Below are positions 47,988 through 57,000 of a stretch of 64,000 bases of DNA, piece after piece. The notes beneath the pieces were generated by a model, which did not search any database, had not been told where the DNA came from, and saw nothing but the letters and a program-made list of their open reading frames with translations. The DNA is taken from positions 1 to 64,000 of the IMG/VR virus record IMGVR_UViG_3300033816_000828; one strand, 5' to 3'. Made by a program: the position numbers and the translations under genes. The stretch comes from a virus. The first letter of the stretch is position 1, and every line of letters begins with the position of its first letter.

Positions 47988-49240
47988 AGATTAATAATAA
48001 TTTTATTAGACCACCCACTATTAGATAATGGAATTATCACACAGCGAAATGGACGTTCTTCTGTATAAACAGTGGATTTAATTTTATTAGTAAATTTTTT
48101 CAAGTATTTTTCTTCTTTAAGATCTTTACGATATAGTAATTTTCCATCTTTTGTTTCAAAACCAAAAAAGAACATACTATAATTTTTATTATCTGGTATC
48201 TGATTTAATGGCCACTCAATATCAAACTCATATTTGTCTAACATACCAGATGTCCATTCTTGGTGTGTCATAATGTGTGGCTCTAAATATTCTTCTCTAG
48301 GATCGTAGGCGGATTTATGAACTCTTTGGTTTTTAAAATCCAAACCCACATACAATTCATAATCATGTAAGGATCTCACATTTCCAAAACCATATTGTTT
48401 AAAATCAATATCATTATGATCAATACCAAATAATTTACGCTGTCTTTTTTTAGATGATGCGTTTCTATGCTCTCCCTCCTCTACAAATCCATTTTTTTTA
48501 ACATGATCAATCCAATGTTTGGGGCTTTTTTCTCTTAAATATTCATGCCAAATAACAGTATAAGACGGATGAAAAAAATCGTATCCATGAGTATACGCTC
48601 TGGCACTTAAAGATAATTCTTCGCCCCTAAAATAAAAATTAGGATCGTACATACACTCATTAACAAAATTACCGTGCGTAAATATAAAATGGCCAGATAG
48701 TAATCTAGCTTTAATTAGTTTTCTTTCTTTATTAACTGCTATATGATTTTTTATATATATAGGGCGAGAAATAATATCTCCATCAGTTCCAAACGATTCA
48801 AATGTGCTTATCCTATAAGGTTCATTTTTTAATGGAATATTTTTTTCTGGCCAGAATGTTGTACCATATGTTCCAATAATAGGCTTACTGGAACTATTTA
48901 ATGCTTCATTATACAGGGCGAAAAGGTGTTCGTCCCAATCGTTGATGAATCTATGATGACTATCTAGTTGAAGATAAAAATCTTGATTATCGTATAAATG
49001 TTTCTGTATAGAATGTCTTGCCCAACAAGCACCCTTACTTTCTCTCCAATCATATTCTTCTATCTTAATATTAGATAATTTATTAATATCTGATATATCT
49101 TCTGATTCGTCTCTTTGCCAATTAATACCAAAAAATAAATTATTTGGATATTTAGCTTTACTAATACAGTCTAAAACTGTGGGAACTAATTGTTTATCTC
49201 TATATGATGCTATGCTAATAAAAATATTTTTAAAAGTCAT
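47984..49240 (-). CDS. GT60-type GlcNAc transferase (Skp1/polypeptide alpha-GlcNAc-T family)
   Basis: IFISIASYRD, SKGACWAR, YLQLDSHHRF...WD, YF.GEE.SLSARAYTHGYD, VIWH.Y, G.VRSL.DYE. Confidence 0.85.
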   Translation of the reverse strand: MTFKNIFISIASYRDKQLVPTVLDCISKAKYPNNLFFGINWQRDESEDISDINKLSNIKIEEYDWRESKGACWARHSIQKHLYDNQDFYLQLDSHHRFINDWDEHLFALYNEALNSSSKPIIGTYGTTFWPEKNIPLKNEPYRISTFESFGTDGDIISRPIYIKNHIAVNKERKLIKARLLSGHFIFTHGNFVNECMYDPNFYFRGEELSLSARAYTHGYDFFHPSYTVIWHEYLREKSPKHWIDHVKKNGFVEEGEHRNASSKKRQRKLFGIDHNDIDFKQYGFGNVRSLHDYELYVGLDFKNQRVHKSAYDPREEYLEPHIMTHQEWTSGMLDKYEFDIEWPLNQIPDNKNYSMFFFGFETKDGKLLYRKDLKEEKYLKKFTNKIKSTVYTEERPFRCVIIPLSNSGWSNKIIINL

Positions 49241-49866
49241 GGTATTAATTTAAGAGCTAGAATATTATTACAACTAAATCCATACATATTAGATTTAAGA
49301 ATCTGTTTAATATGTTGTTGGGTCCAGACATTTCCATTAATAATAGTATTTATTGATGTTTTATTATGCAAGTATCCGCATGCTACTATATTATCATCTA
49401 AGGAATCTAGAAAAAAACCAGAGGATGGATATACTATGTTAATGCCTGACGATAATAATATTTCACAAGCCTTAGCTAAAATTTGATGATCAAATTTCCT
49501 GTATTCTAATATATATCTAATTTCTCTATTTTCACATATGTCTAAGTTTTTTTTTATATCTTCTCTGATTTTATCGTATTTTCTATTTACTAAATAATAA
49601 AAAGGTAATGTTATAGCAATATAGTCTATATTATATTTTATAGCGTCTTGAATCATAGAATGCCTATGATAACTTTCACAATTAGCTACAGGATAATCTA
49701 TAAATGCTCCGACCGTTAGATTTGGAAAATTTTTTTTTATTAATTTAGCACAGTGATGGGTGGCTATAATTTTTCTAATAGAAGTATTATTAATTAAATC
49801 TTCTAGATTTTTTTTTATATCTATATCTTTCTCATCAATAGTATTGATATAATATTCTATATTCAT
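49237..49866 (-). CDS. Deoxyribose-phosphate aldolase (DeoC)-fold protein, catalytically degenerate
   Basis: VGAFIDYP~VIGFP, IRYILE~LKVIIE, VYPSSGF~VKTSTGF; no Schiff-base Lys. Confidence 0.6.
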   Translation of the reverse strand: MNIEYYINTIDEKDIDIKKNLEDLINNTSIRKIIATHHCAKLIKKNFPNLTVGAFIDYPVANCESYHRHSMIQDAIKYNIDYIAITLPFYYLVNRKYDKIREDIKKNLDICENREIRYILEYRKFDHQILAKACEILLSSGINIVYPSSGFFLDSLDDNIVACGYLHNKTSINTIINGNVWTQQHIKQILKSNMYGFSCNNILALKLIP

Positions 49867-50531
49867 TTATTTAATTTTCTTTTGATAGCTTCTATCGATC
49901 CGTATTGGTTTTGACCATATATACCATCAGCGAATCCGTTGTGTACAGCCTCTGAAGCGTTTAGAATCCAATCTGATTTTTGAGATAATTGTGATGATAT
50001 ATACTTTTTTACACTAGATTTTTTCCATTCTCTCTCTTTTGCTAATGGAGACTCCAAACATTTATCAGTAAAAATATCTAACATTTTTTTGGCTTCTTTT
50101 TCATTCCATTGAATATTACTAATGGCCGCTTTGTGTTCTCCGTCTAGTGAGAAAAAACCATAATGAATTAATAGATAACTATTTGGCATTAAAATTCTTA
50201 ATTTAGCAGCTTGGAATATTACGCCGCTAGATGACTCTGCTTTAGCATATGCTAAAATACCAATAGGGGCTTTGGATTGGATGATGGTGTCATATATACC
50301 CAAACAATCTGTCCAATCTCCACCCGGTAAATGCATGTGTACAATAATAGGATCAGAAGATATAATATTAAGATATCTTATATTTTTTTCAAAATTAATG
50401 GCTACCCTATAATCAACACCGCCCTCCTCTTCTCCACTATCTATAAAAGAATGAAGATAAACTTCTCTATTATCAACATCTAATCCATATTCATGGATAT
50501 AATTTAATCTATTTTCTTGTCCGTTAATCAT
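49863..50531 (-). CDS. ClpP-like serine protease
   Basis: PGGD....GIYDTI, AESSSGVI, PNSYLLIH, DWILNASEAV..GFADGI. Confidence 0.85.
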   Translation of the reverse strand: MINGQENRLNYIHEYGLDVDNREVYLHSFIDSGEEEGGVDYRVAINFEKNIRYLNIISSDPIIVHMHLPGGDWTDCLGIYDTIIQSKAPIGILAYAKAESSSGVIFQAAKLRILMPNSYLLIHYGFFSLDGEHKAAISNIQWNEKEAKKMLDIFTDKCLESPLAKEREWKKSSVKKYISSQLSQKSDWILNASEAVHNGFADGIYGQNQYGSIEAIKRKLNK

Positions 50532-50916
50532 TGGTTATATTAAAAATTGATGTTATTATTGTATTAATATTATTCATAACTTCTCTATCTATAAATGCTT
50601 TACCAAAACCAACCCTAAAGCGATATCTAGTAAAAATATCCAATGTTTCTACACCATCAACTTCCTGAATTATAGTAGCTATTCTATTAGACAGATTAAA
50701 GTTAGTATGGCCTATCCAAAAATTAAAAATTTTCGAACAATCAGTATATTCATTATATGGAATCATTCCCATATTTGTTAATAATACTTTGTGATATTTT
50801 ACTGAATCGTCTACAGTCTCCTTTTCTATGTCTTCAAAATAGTTTGTATCATCGGTATCATCTTTACCAAATGGATCAGACCATTTTTCCCATATAATTT
50901 TAGGACTATCTAACAT
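50524..50916 (-). CDS. Hypothetical phage protein
   Basis: FNFWIGHTNF...VDGVETLDIFTRYRFRVGFGKAF. Confidence 0.65.
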   Translation of the reverse strand: MLDSPKIIWEKWSDPFGKDDTDDTNYFEDIEKETVDDSVKYHKVLLTNMGMIPYNEYTDCSKIFNFWIGHTNFNLSNRIATIIQEVDGVETLDIFTRYRFRVGFGKAFIDREVMNNINTIITSIFNITND

Positions 50917-51325
50917 TTTGTTTGAATGTTAATAAAGGATCTATCATTGGTTTATGTTTATCATTTAAATAGTTTGTTGCCCAAGAACTTAATATATAAT
51001 CAACAATATGTTTATTATTGCTATTTTTGATTGACTTTAATTTATCTATTATATCAGCACTAATCGGACTATTATACATCAACAAATGAAGAAATGAACC
51101 TATATGATTCGCGTCTATTTCAGACACATTCTGTTTTGGTAGACATATATTATAGTCCCCATTACTATAGTATTCAATTGAAAATATTGACTTATTACGC
51201 TTTTTAAAGAACATATTATTATATGAGTCTTTGAATTTTTTCAATAGATTTTTTAATATTTTGTCTGACTGCTTCTCTAGTAATATTAAATTTTTTACCA
51301 ATTTGTGCAAAAGTCTGATTTTCAA
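50906..51325 (-). CDS. Hypothetical protein
   Basis: ORF; true start is probably the internal MFFKKR just after the sigma gene. Confidence 0.5.
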   Translation of the reverse strand: MKIRLLHKLVKNLILLEKQSDKILKNLLKKFKDSYNNMFFKKRNKSIFSIEYYSNGDYNICLPKQNVSEIDANHIGSFLHLLMYNSPISADIIDKLKSIKNSNNKHIVDYILSSWATNYLNDKHKPMIDPLLTFKQNVR

Positions 51326-51863
51326 GATAATATAATCTTAAACATTCTCTTTGACGATCAGATAAAATATTGTTATTATCTGATAATATTTGATCAATCA
51401 TATGTTTATTTTCAGAACCACTTTCCTTGTCTAACAAAATATCTAATGGGGATTTGCTAGAGTCTGGTATAATGTCTAATAATGATAAATTTTCATCATT
51501 AAATTTAGTATCAATATCGACAGAATGACCTTTATTTTTTTTATACTTCTTTCTTGTCATATAGCTTTTTATGGCCCAAATGGCACATTGATTTCTATAA
51601 GAGTATTTATTCTTTTGTTGTCCACTTTCTCCTTTACGTTCTTTATCCCATCTCCAATCGGCCATCATGATACAATTAGCTACATTAGCTATAGCGTCTT
51701 CACTTTTTAGCATTTCCTTGCCTAAACTTGGAGAAAAGTTTTTAGCAAATTTAGATATAGTTTTTTTAGCTAAATCTAGATATACAGATAATGACTCAAA
51801 TTCAATTGTAGAATGGTCTTGATATTTAATTTTTTGATTACCAACAGATACAATATCTATCAT
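51219..51863 (-). CDS. Phage sigma70-family RNA polymerase sigma factor
   Basis: Region 2-like A..RWD..R...SY....IW.I; region 4 LSDRQRECLRLYY...TFAQIGKKFNITREAVRQ. Confidence 0.85.
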   Translation of the reverse strand: MIDIVSVGNQKIKYQDHSTIEFESLSVYLDLAKKTISKFAKNFSPSLGKEMLKSEDAIANVANCIMMADWRWDKERKGESGQQKNKYSYRNQCAIWAIKSYMTRKKYKKNKGHSVDIDTKFNDENLSLLDIIPDSSKSPLDILLDKESGSENKHMIDQILSDNNNILSDRQRECLRLYYLENQTFAQIGKKFNITREAVRQNIKKSIEKIQRLI

Positions 51864-51912
51864 GTTTTTCCTTTTTAAAAGTCCTAGTAAATATATTCTT
51901 AACTAATTTTAG

Positions 51913-52494
51913 TTATTTAGTTAATTTTTTCCATTGCTTTGGATCTGGTCGATCCGGGTCTCCGGGCTTTGCTGGTCTATATTTTTTTCCTTCTCTTTCT
52001 TTCTTTTTTCGTATATTTTCCCATAGTCCAGGCTTATCCTCTGACATTGTTTCTTCAACAGGTGCCGTAACTATACTATCGTCCTTTGAGGGCTGAAAAG
52101 TATAGTGCGGAAGATTTTTTATTTTAACTTTTTTTTTATGTTCTGCTGCTTCTGTGTCAGTTTCTGTGCGTCCAAACATAACAAAATTATGAATTGTTAA
52201 CATATAATCTTCAGTAATAGCAATTTTACCCTGTAGCCAGCTTTCTGTCAAGGCTTCTCTTACGGACGGATTATCTAATGCTTGTAATATAACATTAGCG
52301 TGTGTCATTATTGACTTTATGGATCCAATGCTCATTTGATAAAAATCATTTTTATATTCCATCATTTCCATTTCTGGACTTTCAACTTCCATTTCTTCAA
52401 TTTTGGTAAAATCTCCATCTTCTGATTTGGTTTTGAGATTTTCATTTACTGAATTTAATATATCTTTAAAACGTTCGCTCATTTTAATATCCAT
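51913..52494 (-). CDS. Hypothetical phage protein
   Basis: ESWLQGKIAITEDY domain; basic C-terminus GLWENIRKKKER...PGDPDRP. Confidence 0.65.
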   Translation of the reverse strand: MDIKMSERFKDILNSVNENLKTKSEDGDFTKIEEMEVESPEMEMMEYKNDFYQMSIGSIKSIMTHANVILQALDNPSVREALTESWLQGKIAITEDYMLTIHNFVMFGRTETDTEAAEHKKKVKIKNLPHYTFQPSKDDSIVTAPVEETMSEDKPGLWENIRKKKEREGKKYRPAKPGDPDRPDPKQWKKLTK

Positions 52495-52979
52495 TCTTTA
52501 TAATTAAGATAAAATTGCTTTAAGTGTTCTTCATCTCTTATCATTCCTTCAATTATATTACACTGTACGCATAAAATTCCTCTAATCTTACCTGTATCAT
52601 GATTATGGTCAATTACTGCGGCATTGCCCCTATTTTTTGAATGATGACGAACCTCAATACCACAGATGCTACAATGTGATATAAGTCTTAATTCTTTTAG
52701 TTCTTTATGATCAATGTTATATTTCGTTGTAAATTTATAACAAGTAGTACATAATCCTGAATTAAAATAAATGTGTCTAGTTTGATAACATGACTCACAT
52801 TGACCAATATTTCCCTTGCTCATTCTGCATAATTTACAAAACTTATGTTTTTTGGATTTAAAACCAACGCCACATTCACACGTTTGAGATTTTATTTTAC
52901 ATTGATCGCAAAATTTTCTAAAATTTTCTGATACTTGATTTAATTTACATTTTCGGCATTTTCTCATTATTATCACCAA
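52479..52979 (-). CDS. Endonuclease VII-family (His-Me finger) homing endonuclease
   Basis: CSIC...VIDHNHDTGKIRGILCVQCN..EG; Cys-rich N-terminus. Confidence 0.85.
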   Translation of the reverse strand: MVIIMRKCRKCKLNQVSENFRKFCDQCKIKSQTCECGVGFKSKKHKFCKLCRMSKGNIGQCESCYQTRHIYFNSGLCTTCYKFTTKYNIDHKELKELRLISHCSICGIEVRHHSKNRGNAAVIDHNHDTGKIRGILCVQCNIIEGMIRDEEHLKQFYLNYKEWILK

Positions 52980-53482
52980 CTCTTACATGCCCAATACCGA
53001 CTTTTCCAACGAGGACCAGGATTATCACAATTATGTCTTGCTCTGAAACTTCTACGGCGCTCAGGAATATTTTTCTTAATTGTCATGTTAGGATCACCAA
53101 ATCTAACTATAACAACATTACCACTTTCATTTTTTACATATACCGCAAATTTCTTAGGACCATCTGGTGTTCTAAATGGCTTATTAAGAGTTACTTTGCG
53201 TCCTTGATATTCTGAAGCAATAACTTTACCGTCTTCATCATAAATTTCGTTAACTTCAACTTCATATACAAATTCATTCCATTCATCATCCCAAGTATAA
53301 TTTTGTGCAAATAATTCGTCATGTACCTCTTCTAATAAATTTCCTTTTGTACGGGTTTGTCCGAGACAAATAGCTACTCTTTGTTTATTATCTGGATATT
53401 CTTTTTTCATAGTCTCATTACCCATGCAACGAGACACATAAGCATTTTTATCTTCGTTTTGTTTTCTTTTTGGAATAGGCAT
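52973..53482 (-). CDS. Conserved basic phage protein
   Basis: LNKPFRTP.GPKKF.VYV...VRFGDPNM...RRSFRARHNC...YWAC..W. Confidence 0.65.
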   Translation of the reverse strand: MPIPKRKQNEDKNAYVSRCMGNETMKKEYPDNKQRVAICLGQTRTKGNLLEEVHDELFAQNYTWDDEWNEFVYEVEVNEIYDEDGKVIASEYQGRKVTLNKPFRTPDGPKKFAVYVKNESGNVVIVRFGDPNMTIKKNIPERRRSFRARHNCDNPGPRWKSRYWACKSW

Positions 53483-53504
53483 ATATTATCTCCTTGTAAT
53501 TAGA

Positions 53505-53510
53505 TACACC
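53505..53510 (-). promoter_or_regulatory. GGTGTA phage promoter-like motif
   Basis: GGTGTATCTAATTA upstream of the 53482 start. Confidence 0.55.
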
Positions 53511-53512
53511 AA

Positions 53513-54580
53513 TCAATTGATCATATTAGAATATATGATATTGGCTGTATTATGCCAGGATAAATTATTGGCTGTTTTTAATCCATAAGAATTATCTCTT
53601 ATATTATTTTTATAAACATATCTCATATGTTCGATAAATTGATCGATTTGTTTTTCTTCTATGGATGCCCAATTTCCACTACCATTAAACCATATACCGT
53701 CGTTTGCTGGTACGGTAGTATCTATATCAACTAAATAAGCATTGTCTTTATTGCAAAACTGTGTGTGTGCAGAATAGTTTGTGATGATAATTGGTTTATC
53801 CATAGCCATCATTTCTATTGCTTCATTATTCCATCCTTCTGCCCTTGATGGAAAAATACCACAATCAGCATAGCTCATAATTTGTGCCAATGATATTTGA
53901 TCAGGAATGCGTGGAAAAAATCTTATTTTAGATGATAGTTTAGAGTTATTATATAAATTTATCCATTGTTTAATTTGGTCTTGATTTAAAAATGGATTAT
54001 GATTGATCATCCATAGTTCCACATCGTCATTTTCATTAAATGCATTATTAAATAAATCCACTAAAATATCATGACCTTTTCTAATTTCAAACTTACCAAT
54101 ATTGATAAATATGTATGTATTTTTATTTTTTTTATCTTCCGGTTTTTGAGCATTAAAAATGCTAGTATCAACTCCCATAGGACACACGATAATGTCTTTT
54201 TTTATTCCGTTATTTTGTAAAACATTTTTTGCCCATTCAGAAGGCATAAATATAATATCAGCAATATTATAGCTTTGCTGTTCGATCTCTGTTAATTTAT
54301 CTATTTCAAAGAAAGATAATACTCCGTATTTACCATCTCCATGAGTTTTAGTAAAGAAATCATTAGCATGCCATAATTTAAAAGAGGGTGCTGATTTATC
54401 AAAATGGCTTCTAGATCCTATGCCATTTTTTATGCATTCTATATCCCATCCCTTTTCAGCATTAATATTACCTATTGGAAAAAGCAAACTATTATTATTT
54501 AAATAATAAATTTGACGCCATATATTATATCCGGTAATCCCATAGCCTGTATAACTATCTACTGGTGAAATTATATTCAT
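53513..54580 (-). CDS. Glycosyltransferase family 4
   Basis: TGYG, FINIGKFEIRKG, DCGIFPSRAEGWN.EAIE.MA. Confidence 0.88.
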   Translation of the reverse strand: MNIISPVDSYTGYGITGYNIWRQIYYLNNNSLLFPIGNINAEKGWDIECIKNGIGSRSHFDKSAPSFKLWHANDFFTKTHGDGKYGVLSFFEIDKLTEIEQQSYNIADIIFMPSEWAKNVLQNNGIKKDIIVCPMGVDTSIFNAQKPEDKKNKNTYIFINIGKFEIRKGHDILVDLFNNAFNENDDVELWMINHNPFLNQDQIKQWINLYNNSKLSSKIRFFPRIPDQISLAQIMSYADCGIFPSRAEGWNNEAIEMMAMDKPIIITNYSAHTQFCNKDNAYLVDIDTTVPANDGIWFNGSGNWASIEEKQIDQFIEHMRYVYKNNIRDNSYGLKTANNLSWHNTANIIYSNMIN

Positions 54581-55701
54581 TTTTCATAAACCTTATTATG
54601 TGTATTATTGACTTGTATAAATGTTGTTTTCTTGCCGAAATCTTTAATTTTATCAGCACCTATATATGTACAAGCGCTTCTAAGGCCACCATAGATATCA
54701 TATAGTATTTCTTCTGCTGGTCCTTTATATGGAACAGTAACGCACTTACCTTCTGCTGTTCGATAATTAGCTACTCCATTATGATGTTTATCCATAGCGT
54801 TTTTACTACTCATGCCATAATACTTTAAAGATATTTTTTTGTTAGGAGTAGAATATCCTGGATTTAGTGTTTGCCAAAATCCCGGAGCAGAGGATCCTGC
54901 CTCAACATAATACTCATACTCCCACTCTCCTTCGCATTCTTCAGTTCCTGCAAATACGCTTCCTAGCATTACAAAATCACTATTACCACCAAAAGCCTTA
55001 CAAATATCTCCAACTACTTTGCAGCCACCATCAGAACATATGTGTCCACCAAGACCATGAGCAGCGTCAGCACACTCCATCACAGCACTCAACTGTGGAT
55101 ATCCAACGCCAGTTTTTAAACGGGTAGTACAAACACTGCCTGACCCTATACCAACTTTGACTATATCAACTTTGCCATGAAGTATAAGTTCTTCGACCAT
55201 TTCAGGAGTAACCACATTACCAGCCATAATTATAACTTCTGGAAAAGTTTTGCGTAGGTGTGCTGCTGTTTTAACAAATTGTTCTGTATATCCATTAGCA
55301 ACATCAAGACATATATTAGGCAGTAACATATGATGTTTGTGCAACTTATCGAAAACATTATTAATTTTTTCTAAATCTTTTTGTGATGTTCCTGTTGAAT
55401 AAAAAACATAATCTTTTAGATCAGGGTATTGTCTATAAAAATCTACTAATGATTCTATAGAATAGTGTTTATGTAAACATACTATACTTTTATGTTTACT
55501 AACAACTTTTGCCATATCAAAAGTACCAACAGTATCCATGTTTGCAACCATTATCGGTATGCAATTTAGGTGTCTAGGAGAATGAACGAAATGAAAATCT
55601 CTTAATAAAGAGACTTGTTTTCTACTTGTTAGAAAAGATCTCTTGGGCCTAATAAGAACATCATCAAAATCTAGTTTAGTTTCATTAATTATTTTTTGCA
55701 T
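54577..55701 (-). CDS. guaC: GMP reductase
   Basis: LDFDDVLIRPKRS, ANMDTVGT, DVANGY, KVGIGSGSVCTTR, SDGGC, YYGMSS, YRTAEGK. Confidence 0.95.
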   Translation of the reverse strand: MQKIINETKLDFDDVLIRPKRSFLTSRKQVSLLRDFHFVHSPRHLNCIPIMVANMDTVGTFDMAKVVSKHKSIVCLHKHYSIESLVDFYRQYPDLKDYVFYSTGTSQKDLEKINNVFDKLHKHHMLLPNICLDVANGYTEQFVKTAAHLRKTFPEVIIMAGNVVTPEMVEELILHGKVDIVKVGIGSGSVCTTRLKTGVGYPQLSAVMECADAAHGLGGHICSDGGCKVVGDICKAFGGNSDFVMLGSVFAGTEECEGEWEYEYYVEAGSSAPGFWQTLNPGYSTPNKKISLKYYGMSSKNAMDKHHNGVANYRTAEGKCVTVPYKGPAEEILYDIYGGLRSACTYIGADKIKDFGKKTTFIQVNNTHNKVYEK

Positions 55702-56224
55702 TGAAGAAGTACCATCTTTTGTGCGTGTCTATATTTTCTGAAGTGTGTATATGTTCTAAATAGTTTTTAATCTCATCCCAGTTGGAAAAAATCATTTGGT
55801 GAGGAATTGTTCCAAACAGCCAATCTGGAGTTTTATTTTTACCTTGAACCATATGTACTATAATAGGCTTTTTCTGGCGGTTTGCCCAAAAAATTTCTTC
55901 ATAGGTTCCACAAGGATGAATATCTAGATCCAAATTGACTATAAGAAAATCACTAATATCTACGAGACGTAAATCTACAGCACGAATAGTTTTCATCATT
56001 GCACTTAGCTCATCATATCTATTCATCTGTTTGAGCTTTGTTTTTATTTGGTGAGTATCATGATCTTCTAATCCAATATCTGTTGGTTTACTAATTGGAT
56101 TAAATACTACTATACCTAAATCTTGTAGGAACGGAGTGATATTATCCCTCCATCCTGTTCCACGATCTGCTACTCTGTCCATGGCTCCAGCAAGATAAAC
56201 TCTTTGATTATTTAGTCTCTTCAT
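55685..56224 (-). CDS. Nucleoside 2-deoxyribosyltransferase-like / nucleotide N-hydrolase
   Basis: VYLAGAM...WR, VFNP, DL..VD.SD, GTYEEI.WA...KKP. Confidence 0.8.
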   Translation of the reverse strand: MKRLNNQRVYLAGAMDRVADRGTGWRDNITPFLQDLGIVVFNPISKPTDIGLEDHDTHQIKTKLKQMNRYDELSAMMKTIRAVDLRLVDISDFLIVNLDLDIHPCGTYEEIFWANRQKKPIIVHMVQGKNKTPDWLFGTIPHQMIFSNWDEIKNYLEHIHTSENIDTHKRWYFFNAKNN

Positions 56225-56999
56225 TAAAACTCCGCAGTGTCATTCTATACTCGTTCAAATATTTAATATACAAATTTGGATAGTTTGGTAATGGAATATC
56301 TCCCTTTTTCCATCTCGTACTATCCTGTTTTGTAGCAACAGCAAATTGACATCTTTTAAATCTCGAAATGGATGATAAGATATTATAATATTTAAATGAT
56401 AATAATAATACTGTTTCTGGATTAGGGTTATGTTTTTTTGATATCTCTTGAAATCCAATATCAGAATCCATATATTCTACCACACCAAGCATTTGGTGAA
56501 AAATTTTAGATGGGAAAATATGATGTCTGTCTGTGATCCCCCCATAATCCTCTCCTTCTGGTATCCATATTTTATCATTAGGTAGAACTGGATGTTTATA
56601 TTGATAAAAATGATCCGATCTTGTTAGGATAATTCTATCATATTCATTTATAATATTATAGCAATTCTGTTTAAGAAAATGTCTAAATGCAAATATAATA
56701 GCTCCAGATCCGTTATATTTGTTTAATCCTCCAGCTAAACCATGACGCTGTCCACAAAGAAATGATTTTTTCCAAAAATTATGAAAAAACTGCTCATAGT
56801 AATCTGTCCAATCATCATATTCATCTATTTCAAATATATATTTTGCTATCTTGTATAGACTAGATGATGCGTTAATAGTTTTACCAAAGCATAACAATAA
56901 ATCTGCATTATAAGGATCTATAAGATTATTATACAGTGTATTCCATGCGGTTTCACCACCACGAGCATTACCTATTAAAATTATTAATGTTTTTTCCAT
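56208..56999 (-). CDS. Putative GT-A glycosyltransferase-like protein
   Basis: YDRIILTRSD, GITDRH; located in the glycan cluster. Confidence 0.5.
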   Translation of the reverse strand: MEKTLIILIGNARGGETAWNTLYNNLIDPYNADLLLCFGKTINASSSLYKIAKYIFEIDEYDDWTDYYEQFFHNFWKKSFLCGQRHGLAGGLNKYNGSGAIIFAFRHFLKQNCYNIINEYDRIILTRSDHFYQYKHPVLPNDKIWIPEGEDYGGITDRHHIFPSKIFHQMLGVVEYMDSDIGFQEISKKHNPNPETVLLLSFKYYNILSSISRFKRCQFAVATKQDSTRWKKGDIPLPNYPNLYIKYLNEYRMTLRSFNEETK

Positions 57000-57000
57000 A

